DNA of 64,000 nucleotides, from assembly GCA_963668025.2 (NCBI GenBank), contig CAXXTH010000006.1, positions 1 to 64,000 of the forward strand, given 5' to 3'. This document shows, one piece after another, positions 41,174 through 51,050 of this stretch. Made by a program: the position numbers and the translations under genes. Positions within the stretch are counted from its first letter, which is position 1. The number at the start of each line of letters is the position of its first letter. The DNA is from Candidatus Hydrogenedentota bacterium (GTDB taxonomy: Bacteria; Hydrogenedentota; Hydrogenedentia; Hydrogenedentales; SLHB01). The notes beneath the pieces were generated by a model, which searched no databases, was not told where the DNA came from, and was given only the letters and a program-made list of their open reading frames with translations.

Positions 41174-42613
41174 TTGAAGATACTGCTGGTAAATTGCTCT
41201 CCGGCGCGGCGGTCCGAAGCATCCCGTCCCAGCGCCCACATCGAGCGGTATTTTGCCGCATTGGCCAAACGTGGCGTGAAAATGGGCGATCAACGCCATG
41301 AGGCAAACAATGGCCTATTATCCATTGCAGGCAGTTTGCTGGCGCATGGGCATGAGACCGTCTATCTTGATTTGAACTATGATGAAATACATCATTTCCA
41401 ACGACATGGCGCTTTTTTTACCGAAGCCGATATCATCAGCTTGCTTGATGAAGCCATGGATGGCGTGGGGATGGTCTTGCTCTCCGCGCTGACGATTAGC
41501 TTTCCCATCATGAAGCTATGCGGCCGCCATATTCGCCAGGCATATCCAGGCGTGCCAATCATGATGGGCGGCATATTCGCCACGCTTAATCCCGATAAAT
41601 TCTCCGATTTGGATGATTGCTTCGATGTGGTGGTTTTAGGTGAAGGAGAAGAGATCGTCCCCAAGGTAGTGGATATGCTGGCGGCAAAAGATGACGCTTC
41701 ACTATCCTCGCTTGAAGGCATTATCTGGCGTGATCAGGCGCGCGGCGAACACATTATGAATCCGGGCCAGAACTTTGTTTCTGATCTCGACGCTTTGCCA
41801 TTTCCCGCCTACGAACTGATGCGTGGAACGAATAATGTGTTTCGCATATTTTCTGCTCGCGGATGTCCATGTGTCTGTACATTTTGTTCTCCCGCCCATA
41901 TGAGCGGCCACCAGCTCCGCCTCATCAATCCCGAGCGTGTTATCGAGCAAATTGAATATGTCCATACCCGCTTTCACGTGCAAGATTTCGTTTTTGGCGA
42001 CCTTACTTTCCTGGGCGACGGAGCCCATAGCAAGACGGTCCTGCGCTTGTTGATCGAGAAGAAGCTCGGGATGCGTTTCTGGTGCCAGTCGCGGTTTGAT
42101 TGTTTGGACGAAGAAGCCGTTGAGTTATTGCGCCAAGCGGGATGCGCCCAGCTTGCCTTGGGCATCGAAAGTTTCAACCAGGATATTCTCGAAGCGGTGC
42201 GCAAAGGGATCCGGGTGAGTGACATACTCGACAAACTTGCCCTCCTTAAAGATAGCGGCATCGAGGTGCAGGGATATTTCGTCATTGGATTGCCGGGCGA
42301 GAAAAGGGAAACGATCCTGAACACCATCGAGTTTCTTCGCTATTCGCTGGAAGAAGGGCTCATCCACCGCCCGCATATTGGCGTTTATGTTCCCTTCCCC
42401 GGCTTGCCCATTCCACGGGAAGTGACCGTAGTCAATACAAGCTATGACGCCTATACGAGCGGCGTTTTTTTTGATTTGCCGCCGCGGCCCGCCGCGCGTA
42501 CCAAATATTTATCGGAAGAAGAGGTCTTCACATTATGGGAGCATGCCCTCACTGTGGCTGGTGAGAAATTACTACAGGCTCCCAGTCCGGCCATGGATGC
42601 ATACATTATGTGA
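41174..42613 (+). CDS. B12-binding radical SAM protein
   Basis: TTG start after TAAGGA; 'MMGGIFAT', 'GEGE', 'SARGCPCVCTFC', 'LGIES'. The track's longer start reads in from the IS end. Confidence 0.88.
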   Translation: MKILLVNCSPARRSEASRPSAHIERYFAALAKRGVKMGDQRHEANNGLLSIAGSLLAHGHETVYLDLNYDEIHHFQRHGAFFTEADIISLLDEAMDGVGMVLLSALTISFPIMKLCGRHIRQAYPGVPIMMGGIFATLNPDKFSDLDDCFDVVVLGEGEEIVPKVVDMLAAKDDASLSSLEGIIWRDQARGEHIMNPGQNFVSDLDALPFPAYELMRGTNNVFRIFSARGCPCVCTFCSPAHMSGHQLRLINPERVIEQIEYVHTRFHVQDFVFGDLTFLGDGAHSKTVLRLLIEKKLGMRFWCQSRFDCLDEEAVELLRQAGCAQLALGIESFNQDILEAVRKGIRVSDILDKLALLKDSGIEVQGYFVIGLPGEKRETILNTIEFLRYSLEEGLIHRPHIGVYVPFPGLPIPREVTVVNTSYDAYTSGVFFDLPPRPAARTKYLSEEEVFTLWEHALTVAGEKLLQAPSPAMDAYIM

Positions 42614-42664
42614 TGGGACACAATGGAGCGCTTGAAGAAGCGCCGCCGGGGACACCGCAAAACT

Positions 42665-43654
42665 ATGGGCAACGAAATCGAAACGGATCGCAGTGTCGCG
42701 TTAACGATCATCATTCCCGTATTCAACGAAGAAGGCAATATCCTCCTCCTCCATGAACGGCTCACCAAAACATTACAAGAATTGGGACAGACCTACGAAC
42801 TCCTTTTCATTGATGACGGCAGCCGAGACGGCTCTTTTGAACGCCTCAAGGCGTTATACGGGCAAGATCCCACTGTTCGCGTGGTGCGTTTTGTCCGTAA
42901 TTTTGGCCAGCAAACCGCCGTCACCGCCGGATTCCGCTATGCCCGGGGCAAGTCTGTAGTCCTGATTGACGCCGATCTCCAAACCCAGCCTGAAGAGATA
43001 CCGCTTCTGCTGCAAAAACTCGAAGACGGCTTCGATATTGTGTATGGCGTGCGCCAGCGCCGCCGCGATCCCATATGGCGGCGAGTAGGCTCATGGGCCA
43101 TGAGCCACATCCTCTTCCGCATCACCGGCATTGATATCCCGGACAGCGCCAGCGGTTTCATCGCCATGGACCGCCGCCTCGTGGATTCCATTAATCTATA
43201 TCAGGAAAAATCACGATATTTAAGCGGCCATTTCGCCTGGCTAAGCTACGGGCGCTGGGCGTCCATTCCTGTAACCCATGCCGCCCGCACCGCAGGCCAG
43301 ACCAAATATAGCTTAGCGAAACTCGTCGAACTCACCCTTAACTTTGTCTGCAACTTCACAACCACGCCTCTTCGATTCGCTTCATTCGCGGGCGGAGCGT
43401 TGTTCTCGTTGAGCCTGCTCGTGTTTTTAGGGCTCATGCTGACGCGCTTGGCGCAATGGTCTGGACGCACCCCTGTCTGGGAGGTAGCGGTCCTCATCGC
43501 CGCGATGGGCGTATTCACCGGTTTCCAGTTATTGTTCACGGGCATTTTGGGCGAATATGTCGCTCGCATTTTTACCGAAGTAAAGCAACGCCCGCCTTTT
43601 GCCGTCCGTGAAATACTCGATCATGCTAAGGAAGAGTCCTCAAGCTCGGATTGA
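42665..43654 (+). CDS. GT2 polyprenol-phosphate glycosyltransferase (ArnC/GtrB-like)
   Basis: 'IIPVFNEE', 'IDDGSRDGS', 'RNFGQ', 'DADLQ', two TM helices, 'GILGEYVARI'. Confidence 0.92.
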   Translation: MGNEIETDRSVALTIIIPVFNEEGNILLLHERLTKTLQELGQTYELLFIDDGSRDGSFERLKALYGQDPTVRVVRFVRNFGQQTAVTAGFRYARGKSVVLIDADLQTQPEEIPLLLQKLEDGFDIVYGVRQRRRDPIWRRVGSWAMSHILFRITGIDIPDSASGFIAMDRRLVDSINLYQEKSRYLSGHFAWLSYGRWASIPVTHAARTAGQTKYSLAKLVELTLNFVCNFTTTPLRFASFAGGALFSLSLLVFLGLMLTRLAQWSGRTPVWEVAVLIAAMGVFTGFQLLFTGILGEYVARIFTEVKQRPPFAVREILDHAKEESSSSD

Positions 43655-43817
43655 TTCCCATATGTCATCTGGCAAGAAGAGGATTCGTCGCCTTGACTGC
43701 GTGATCGATCACGTGCTATGTTTTTTAACACATGGACCCTTTTCATGCTGCTGTTCGCTTCATCCTCATGGAGAAACGCCTAGCACACCGCAACCAAAAG
43801 AAGAAAGGCAATCCACG

Positions 43818-45773
43818 ATGAGAACACTCCTTTGCATCATCTTTCTGGTTCCCCTTTCCACCGCCAGTATCGCACAAGAGGCAAAACTACGCGCACAAAT
43901 ACCCATCCTTACCGGAAACGGCATTGGCATTTATGATCATATGATGCACTATGATGGGAAAAAAAGTGATCCCGCACCCGAACATCCATGGCTGCTTCCG
44001 AAGTTTCCTGAATTCCAACAACTTGGCATCCAAGGCGTCGAAATCAATATTTCATGGATAGGCGTTGAACGGGAAGAAAACAAGTGGGATTGGAGCTTCT
44101 TTGATCAAACTGTCGCCGATATTAAAGCGCATGGGATGGACATAAACGCCCAAATGTGGCTCATGTTTCCTCCCAGGTGGGTGGTCGATTCTGGGCGCGG
44201 CACTTTGATGCGCTCGGTGAACGATAATGAAGAGGTGTACAATCTCTCGGTTTGGGATCCAGCGACCCTGGAGTGGTATGTACGTTTTTACAAGAACCTG
44301 AGCGCTCATTATGATGGCGTGCTTGAAAATGTTTATCTTTGCATTACGGGCGACTGGGGTGAAGGCGATTATGCGACTGGCGGTGCGCATACATTGATCG
44401 ACATGCGAACGGCTGGTTCGCGGTATTGGTGCAACGATTCCTATGCGCAAGCCGATTTTCGGCAGCGTATGATGGCGAAATACGGCAGCATGGATGCCCT
44501 AAACACCGCATGGGGCACGGCGTTTGCGGTTCCGGACGATATTGCTTTCCCCAGCAGCCCCGCACAAAAACGGCATTGGCTGGATTTTAATCGGTGGTAT
44601 CAGCAGTCCTTGGTGCGATTTTCCGATGAGCTCTACCAGCAGGTCAAGCCGTTTTTCTCGAAGACCCATATTGGTTTGAAGCCCGGAGGAGCTGCCCCGC
44701 CTCCCCTCTATTTTGGCCAAGATACCATTGGATTTGCCCGCACTTTTCGAGATCGCAATGTAAGATTCCAGCCGGCATCGTGCGACTCTCGTTATTTCTG
44801 GGCCAAATGGCGCGCCTCGGCCTATCGGTTTTACCATATCCCCTTTTCGTCTGAAGCGGGCGGCGCTTATGCCTGGGAAGAAGACATGGGCAGGCTCTTC
44901 AACGACATCGCCTGTGGTATGGATGAATTATACGAATTTCCGGTTCACCTTGAAAAATACAAAGACAGCATTCTCGCCGCGTCGGAACATATGACAGGTG
45001 AAAAGCCCCTTTGTGATGTGGCCTTGTTTTACCCGGTTTCCGAGAGTTTGCTCGTGGATCCCGCTAAGAACACTATCCCGGACAGCATTGAGAATTTGAG
45101 CCAAGTGAGTGAAGGCTTGCACCGTTATATTGACTACGATGTGGTGGAAGAACGCATGATTCTCGATGGTGCGCTCCAACAATACCGCATTGCCGCCATG
45201 CTTGCCGGAACTGTCGTAGAGCGGGATGTTTTGGAGAAGCTCGCAGAGTGGGTGCGAGGCGGAGGCATATTAGTCGCCACTGATTTTGGGCCAATATCCA
45301 CAGTGGAAGGCGATGCCTCGTTCTCAGCGAATATGTTCAGCCAGCCGGATACCGAGCCGAAGACGGTGGAGGATATTCTCGGCGCAGGCTTCCGGCCACA
45401 GGGTAAAGGATGCACGCTGTTCATGAAGGGAGCATGGGATGGTGCGCAAGACAGCCCTCAAAAGACGCTGTTTTGCGTGCTGATGCGAGAGCTTAACGCG
45501 CACGCGAGCCATCTTGGCGAACAATTCCAAGACGGTATTGACCTTGGCATGGTTGGGGCGGGCGACTTGGCTGTCCTGTTTTCGAGCCATATCCTCTACT
45601 TCAATCCGTCCAAGGACACACCGGTCAAACGGACCGTACAACTGGATCTCGCGTCGTTTCGCGCCCACGGATTGGGGACGCCTTCGGCCGCGACGATCGA
45701 GTTGGACCTTGCACCCTGTGGATTTCAGTCTGTGCCTCTCACCGACGATTCACAAACCAAGCGCCCCAAATAG
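43818..45773 (+). CDS. Secreted GH42/GH14-like glycoside hydrolase
   Basis: Signal peptide MRTLLCII; 'WIGVEREENKWDWSFFD'; 'KYGSMDALNTAWGT'; 'LAEWVRGGGILV'. Confidence 0.75.
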   Translation: MRTLLCIIFLVPLSTASIAQEAKLRAQIPILTGNGIGIYDHMMHYDGKKSDPAPEHPWLLPKFPEFQQLGIQGVEINISWIGVEREENKWDWSFFDQTVADIKAHGMDINAQMWLMFPPRWVVDSGRGTLMRSVNDNEEVYNLSVWDPATLEWYVRFYKNLSAHYDGVLENVYLCITGDWGEGDYATGGAHTLIDMRTAGSRYWCNDSYAQADFRQRMMAKYGSMDALNTAWGTAFAVPDDIAFPSSPAQKRHWLDFNRWYQQSLVRFSDELYQQVKPFFSKTHIGLKPGGAAPPPLYFGQDTIGFARTFRDRNVRFQPASCDSRYFWAKWRASAYRFYHIPFSSEAGGAYAWEEDMGRLFNDIACGMDELYEFPVHLEKYKDSILAASEHMTGEKPLCDVALFYPVSESLLVDPAKNTIPDSIENLSQVSEGLHRYIDYDVVEERMILDGALQQYRIAAMLAGTVVERDVLEKLAEWVRGGGILVATDFGPISTVEGDASFSANMFSQPDTEPKTVEDILGAGFRPQGKGCTLFMKGAWDGAQDSPQKTLFCVLMRELNAHASHLGEQFQDGIDLGMVGAGDLAVLFSSHILYFNPSKDTPVKRTVQLDLASFRAHGLGTPSAATIELDLAPCGFQSVPLTDDSQTKRPK

Positions 45774-45830
45774 CCTACAGCGCCTTCTTGATAGTTTTTT
45801 ATACCTTTGTGGCTATAGCGATTTGAAGGC

Positions 45831-45877
45831 TTGACATGGCTGCTGTTTTCATGCACACTTCGTTGCATGGCGAATTG
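45831..45877 (+). promoter_or_regulatory. Promoter with ArsR-type operator
   Basis: TTGACA-17-CACACT; imperfect palindrome CACTTCG-N8-CGAATTG (45856-45877) over the -10/+1 region. Confidence 0.6.
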
Positions 45878-45889
45878 AGGTAATAAACG

Positions 45890-46267
45890 ATGAAAGAGTT
45901 TATGAACGTTGCCAAGGCCATCTCGGATGAATCCCGTGTGCGTATTCTCATGTTCTTGCGAGGCGGTGAGCTCTGCGTGTGTCAGGTTGTTGATGTGCTG
46001 GATCTGGCCCCTTCGACCGTGTCCAAGCACATGGCGATTCTGGTGCAAGCAGGCCTCCTCGATTTCCGGAAGGATGGACGCTGGCGCTATTACCGATTAG
46101 TTGGGCAAGATGCCCCTCTTTCGGTTCAGAAGGCTCTGGAGTGGCTGCATGTCTCGTTGGACGGGTCGCCCATTGTCCGTGAGGACGCCAAGCGCCTGAA
46201 ACTCGCGCTCAAGAAGGACATTAAGACACTGTGTGAACGCTATAAGTGTGTTGAGGCTGCTCGATGA
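45890..46267 (+). CDS. ArsR/SmtB family regulator
   Basis: 'ELCVCQV', 'STVSKHM', 'RKDGRWRYY'. Confidence 0.95.
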   Translation: MKEFMNVAKAISDESRVRILMFLRGGELCVCQVVDVLDLAPSTVSKHMAILVQAGLLDFRKDGRWRYYRLVGQDAPLSVQKALEWLHVSLDGSPIVREDAKRLKLALKKDIKTLCERYKCVEAAR

Positions 46268-46325
46268 TTTGTTGATGCAAACGGTCCCTAACGGAAATCA
46301 TTCGATTTGGAGGAGAACAAGCATT

Positions 46326-47204
46326 ATGAAGAAGATCAGGATATCGTTCGTCGCGCTCATGATCGTTGGTGTCATTTGTTTTGCGGTGAGCAAGCGGAAT
46401 CATGCGGCGGCGGCGAGTCAACCTCCGCAGACTTCGTCCGTAACCGATGCTCCGGCCTCTGTGGCTCCAGAAACACTTCCATCGGCTCCGGAAAGTACGC
46501 CGTCTGAGAGTGTCGCGCAAGCTGCAGTCAAAAAGGCTGCAAATGAAAAGAAGCATTTATTCCTGTTTGTCTCAGAAAATGACAGCGAGGAGACGGAAAC
46601 AGCCAAGCGCGCTTTTGAGGCCGCTGCAACCAAGATCAGCGATAAGGCCGAATTGGCTTTTATTAAGCGTGACAGCGCCGCAGAAAAAGATTTTGTCGAG
46701 AAGTACCAGCTTAACAGGGCGCCGATGCCCATCGTCTTGGTCTTTGCCCCCAATGAGGCGATTACTGGGGCTTATTTTGGAGATAAACTGAAGGATCCGC
46801 AACTCCAGGACTCTATAGCAAGCGAATCGGAGCAGCAATGCATGAAGGCTTTGCAGGACGGAAAACTGGTTTGCCTGTGCGCGCAGAACGCCACAACCAC
46901 ATCCAACGATACCGCCATGCAGGGAGTGAATGATTTTAAAGCGGACACACGGTTCGCCCAATTTACTGAAGTGGTGACGATTGACCCCGCCGCCGCCGTC
47001 GAGCAGAGCTTCTTAACAAAGCTCAAGATTGACCCGAAAACAACGGAAGCAATCACGGCTTTATTGGCTCCGCCGGGCACGGTGGTTGTCAAAGTGGCCG
47101 GCGCAACCACCAAGGACGCGCTTGTTTCGGCCTTGATGGCCGCTTCGTCCGGCGGCTGTGGCCCGAAGGGTTGCGGACCTAGTGGCTGTGGTCCAAGCCA
47201 ATAA
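46326..47204 (+). CDS. Exported or membrane-anchored protein, probable thioredoxin-like folds, C-terminal (GCGP)x3 tail
   Basis: MKKIR signal/anchor; two similar alpha/beta halves; ends 'GGCGPKGCGPSGCGPSQ'. Confidence 0.75.
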   Translation: MKKIRISFVALMIVGVICFAVSKRNHAAAASQPPQTSSVTDAPASVAPETLPSAPESTPSESVAQAAVKKAANEKKHLFLFVSENDSEETETAKRAFEAAATKISDKAELAFIKRDSAAEKDFVEKYQLNRAPMPIVLVFAPNEAITGAYFGDKLKDPQLQDSIASESEQQCMKALQDGKLVCLCAQNATTTSNDTAMQGVNDFKADTRFAQFTEVVTIDPAAAVEQSFLTKLKIDPKTTEAITALLAPPGTVVVKVAGATTKDALVSALMAASSGGCGPKGCGPSGCGPSQ

Positions 47205-47220
47205 AAAGGAAGCCACAAGA

Positions 47221-48438
47221 ATGAGACTCAGGACGTTTGTTTGGCGAGAGATCTTTGAGCGGAAGAACCAACTAGCCACAAGTTTTGTCGCGATACTGCT
47301 CGGGATAAGCGTGATTGTAGGCGTGAAAAACATCACCTTCTACTCCGAAAAGGCCGTCGCGAGAGAATTGGATGCACTGGGGGCCAACATTCTCATTTTG
47401 CCCAAATCCGCTTCGCTTCAAGATTATTACAGCGCGGACATGCAAGGTGAGGAATTTCCCGAGGAATACGTGACACGTCTTGCCACCTCGGACCTCCAGG
47501 GATTGGACAATCTTTCGCCAAAGCTTTCTCTTCCCGTGGAGTCGGGTGGAAATCAGTTCACGCTGACTGGAATTTTACCCACGAAGGAATTCCAAGCCAA
47601 GGCCGCGTGGCAAAGCGCCGGCATATTTGCCCGTCCGGAAAACTGCGGAACCGTGGATGTTCCGGGCGCCAGCGTGGCTCCACCCAAGGAGACGCTTATC
47701 CGTAAGCGAGTGATCAATACGCTTGAAGAGAATCAAGCCCTTGTCGGCTCAGATATAGGAGCGGCGTTAAAGGTCAAGGAGGGAGATACGCTGACATTGT
47801 TGGGCAAGCCCTTCAACGTTACTGCTATCTTACCCTCGACCGGTACGGTAGACGATTCCCGAGTCTTCGCACACCTCCACACCGTACAGCAACTTGCAGG
47901 AAAAGGTGCCGTACTGAACGCCATAGAGATTGTCGGCTGCTGTAACCAGATATCCAAGGGATTGGTCCAGAAGATCAATACCCTGCTGCCTGAAGCCAAG
48001 GTGGTTACCATCACGCAGATTGTGGACACCCAGATCCGGACGAACCAGATGATGGCGCGGTTATCGCTGCTTTTCTTGGCGATCATCGTGCTCGTGGGCG
48101 GGGCAAGCATCGCGAATTACATGTATTCCAACGTATTCGAGCGGCGCAAGGAAATCGGCACGCTCATGGCGCTTGGCGCTGGTTCGCACGTGGTGCTTAA
48201 GATGTTCCTGTTAAAAGCACTCTTGTTAGGCCTTACAGGCGGGGTTGCCGGTTATCTCCTGGGTACGGTCATCGCCGTAGTATTTGGACCACGGATCGCA
48301 GGGGTGATTGTGCTTCCAATGCCAAGTTTGTCGTTATGGGCGCTTGGCGTGGCTGTAACCATTTCACTCGTAGCCAGTTATTTTCCCGCTCGCCAAGCGG
48401 CGCGTCTCGACCCCGCTACCGCACTTCAGGAGATGTAG
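47221..48438 (+). CDS. MacB/FtsX-type ABC permease
   Basis: 'LGANILILP', 'VFERRKEIGTLMALGA', 'PARQAARLDPATAL'. Confidence 0.92.
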   Translation: MRLRTFVWREIFERKNQLATSFVAILLGISVIVGVKNITFYSEKAVARELDALGANILILPKSASLQDYYSADMQGEEFPEEYVTRLATSDLQGLDNLSPKLSLPVESGGNQFTLTGILPTKEFQAKAAWQSAGIFARPENCGTVDVPGASVAPPKETLIRKRVINTLEENQALVGSDIGAALKVKEGDTLTLLGKPFNVTAILPSTGTVDDSRVFAHLHTVQQLAGKGAVLNAIEIVGCCNQISKGLVQKINTLLPEAKVVTITQIVDTQIRTNQMMARLSLLFLAIIVLVGGASIANYMYSNVFERRKEIGTLMALGAGSHVVLKMFLLKALLLGLTGGVAGYLLGTVIAVVFGPRIAGVIVLPMPSLSLWALGVAVTISLVASYFPARQAARLDPATALQEM

Positions 48439-48441
48439 TTT

Positions 48442-49116
48442 ATGCTCAATATGCAGTCAGTGAGCAAGAGTTACCGGCACCGCGGAAAAACGATAATGGC
48501 ACTGGATGATGTGACCATCGAAATTCCGAAGGGGGATTTCGTTGCCATCGTTGGACCAAGCGGAAGCGGCAAGAGCACCTTTCTGTTGATGTTGGGCGGT
48601 ATGCTTTCACCCGCATCGGGGAGTGTCCTTGTGGATGGACAATCCTTATATGACCTGAATTCCGAGCGCCGGACCGTGGTGAGGCGAGAAAAGATTGGGT
48701 TCGTTTTTCAGACGTTCAACCTTGTCCCTTACCTCACCGCACTCGAGAACGTCCAAATCCCGCTCTTTCTGGCCAAGCGGTCAGACAAGAAACAAAAAGA
48801 ACGAGCCACGGCCCTTCTGGAACGTGTGGGGCTTAGCGACCGGCTCGACCACAAACCATCGGAACTCAGCATCGGACAGCAACAGCGCGTGGCGCTGGCC
48901 CGCATGCTCGCCAACGATCCCCCGATCATTCTCGCGGATGAGCCTACGGGTAATTTGGATCCCGAAAATGCCAAATCGGTACAGAGCTTCCTCAAGGAAG
49001 CGAATATTGAGGGACGCACCATTGTTATGGTCACACATGACATGCAGGCAGCACGGATCGCGCGGCGGACCCTTCGGCTCATTGATGGAAAGGTCCTAAA
49101 TGGCGCCTGCGATTAA
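48442..49116 (+). CDS. LolD/MacB-type ABC ATPase
   Basis: 'GPSGSGKST', 'LSIGQQQRVALAR', 'ILADEPTGNLD'. Confidence 0.95.
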   Translation: MLNMQSVSKSYRHRGKTIMALDDVTIEIPKGDFVAIVGPSGSGKSTFLLMLGGMLSPASGSVLVDGQSLYDLNSERRTVVRREKIGFVFQTFNLVPYLTALENVQIPLFLAKRSDKKQKERATALLERVGLSDRLDHKPSELSIGQQQRVALARMLANDPPIILADEPTGNLDPENAKSVQSFLKEANIEGRTIVMVTHDMQAARIARRTLRLIDGKVLNGACD

Positions 49117-49328
49117 TGCATGTAGACTGTTAAGATCATCAAGAAAACAATATCTTTGACGGGATTGTGTCCGTGTACTCTTTTATAGAAGTTTTCTCAC
49201 ACTTTCCCCCTATACTCTTTTTTCTCCCTCGGAATATCGGAATATGCATGTGTTTTTGATATAATAAAGCTTCTTGCCCTCGAAAGAGGGGTGCTGCAAG
49301 CTCGCGAACATTTAGAAAGGACTATGTC

Positions 49329-50999
49329 ATGATCAGTGATACGATTAAAAAAGGGTTCGAGCGCGCCCCGCACCGTTCGTTACTGTGGGCCACCGGGCAA
49401 ATCCAATCTTCCGAGGACTTTAATAAGCCCTTCATCGCCATATGCAACAGCTTCACCGAGATTGTACCGGGACACGTCCATTTGAATGAATTAGGCCGTG
49501 CCGCCAAGGAAGCGGTCCGCGAAGCGGGCGGCGTGCCCTTCGAGTTCAATACCATCGGCGTGGATGATGGCATTGCCATGGGCCATGGCGGCATGTACTA
49601 TTCGCTGCCTTCACGCGAGCTGATCGCGGATTGCGTCGAGACCGTCATCAAGGCTCACCGATTTGACGGCATGATCTGCATTCCCAACTGTGACAAAATC
49701 GTGCCGGGCATGCTTATGGCCTCCATGCGCTGCAACATTCCCACCATCTTTGTGTCCGGCGGTCCTATGGAAGCAGGCAAGTTGTCGGATGGCCGCACGG
49801 TGGATCTCATCTCCGTTTTTGAAGGCGTAGGCGCCTATAAACAGGGCGGCATGGATGATGCCGCGCTGGCGGAACTCGAGCGCAAAGCTTGTCCCACCTG
49901 TGGCTCATGTTCGGGCATGTTCACCGCGAATTCCATGAATTGCCTATGTGAGGCCCTTGGCATGAGCTTGCCAGGCAATGGCACTGTGCTGGCTACTTCC
50001 GGTTCCCGGCGTGAATTGGTGAAAGCCGCGGCGCGGCAAGTGCTCGAACTCATCAAAGCGGACCTAAAGCCGCGCGATATCATATCCATCGAAGCCGTTG
50101 ACAACGCGCTGGCCTTAGATATGGCCATGGGCGGTTCGACGAACACGGTCTTACATACCCTCGCCATCGCACGCGAAGCAGGCTTCGCATATCCCCTGGA
50201 ACGCATTAACGAGATTTCGAAGCGTGTGCCGAATATCTGCAAAGTTTCGCCCTCGAGCAAGTGGCACATGGAGGATGTGGGGCTTGCGGGCGGCATTATG
50301 GCCATCTTGGGCGAGCTCAAGCGGAAGCCGGGTACTATCCATCTGGAGTGCCCGACCGTCACGCTGAAGACCTTGGGCGAGAATATTGGCGAAGCCCGCT
50401 CGACCAATCCAGAAGTCATCAAAACTATTGAAGCGCCATACAGCCAAACGGGCGGCTTGGCCGTATTATTCGGCAACCTCGCCCCCGATGGCTCCGTAGT
50501 GAAAGAAGCCGGCGTCGATAAAGAGATCCTCACCCATACCGGCCCCGCCGTGATCTTTGAATCCGAAGAAGAAGCCATGCAGGGCGTGCTTGATGATCAA
50601 GTGAAGCCTGGCGATATCATCATCATCCGCTACGAAGGCCCCAAGGGTGGGCCCGGCATGCGCGAGATGCTTGCGCCTACTTCGGCCGTCATGGGCAAAG
50701 GCCTCGGCAAGCAGGTGAGCCTCATCACGGACGGGCGTTTCTCGGGCGGCACGCGCGGCGCTTGTATTGGCCATGTAAGCCCTGAAGCGGCGGAAGGCGG
50801 CCCGATTGCCCTGCTCAAGCAAGGCGATATTATCGAGATCGACATCCCGAACCGCACGTTGAACGTCAAGTTGAGTGATGCCGAACTCGAATTGCGGCGC
50901 AAGGCCATGCCCGCACCGCCGGATCGTAAATTGACTGGATGGCTGAAACGCTACCAGCGCATGGTCACCAGCTCGAATACGGGCGCTGTGCTCGAATAG
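49329..50999 (+). CDS. ilvD: Dihydroxy-acid dehydratase
   Basis: 'NCDKIVPGM', '[15 protein letters not shown]', 'GGPGMREML', 'TDGRFSG'; TGaTATAAT at 49257-49265 upstream. Confidence 0.98.
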   Translation: MISDTIKKGFERAPHRSLLWATGQIQSSEDFNKPFIAICNSFTEIVPGHVHLNELGRAAKEAVREAGGVPFEFNTIGVDDGIAMGHGGMYYSLPSRELIADCVETVIKAHRFDGMICIPNCDKIVPGMLMASMRCNIPTIFVSGGPMEAGKLSDGRTVDLISVFEGVGAYKQGGMDDAALAELERKACPTCGSCSGMFTANSMNCLCEALGMSLPGNGTVLATSGSRRELVKAAARQVLELIKADLKPRDIISIEAVDNALALDMAMGGSTNTVLHTLAIAREAGFAYPLERINEISKRVPNICKVSPSSKWHMEDVGLAGGIMAILGELKRKPGTIHLECPTVTLKTLGENIGEARSTNPEVIKTIEAPYSQTGGLAVLFGNLAPDGSVVKEAGVDKEILTHTGPAVIFESEEEAMQGVLDDQVKPGDIIIIRYEGPKGGPGMREMLAPTSAVMGKGLGKQVSLITDGRFSGGTRGACIGHVSPEAAEGGPIALLKQGDIIEIDIPNRTLNVKLSDAELELRRKAMPAPPDRKLTGWLKRYQRMVTSSNTGAVLE

Positions 51000-51011
51000 T
51001 TTGTTTTTCCC

Positions 51012-51050
51012 ATAAGGAGCCCAGGCCTGAACAGCCTGGGCTCCTTATTT
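51012..51050 (+). terminator. Rho-independent terminator of ilvD (intron target)
   Basis: 15-bp stem ataaggagcccaggc/gcctgggctccttat; T tract interrupted by the intron. Confidence 0.85.
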
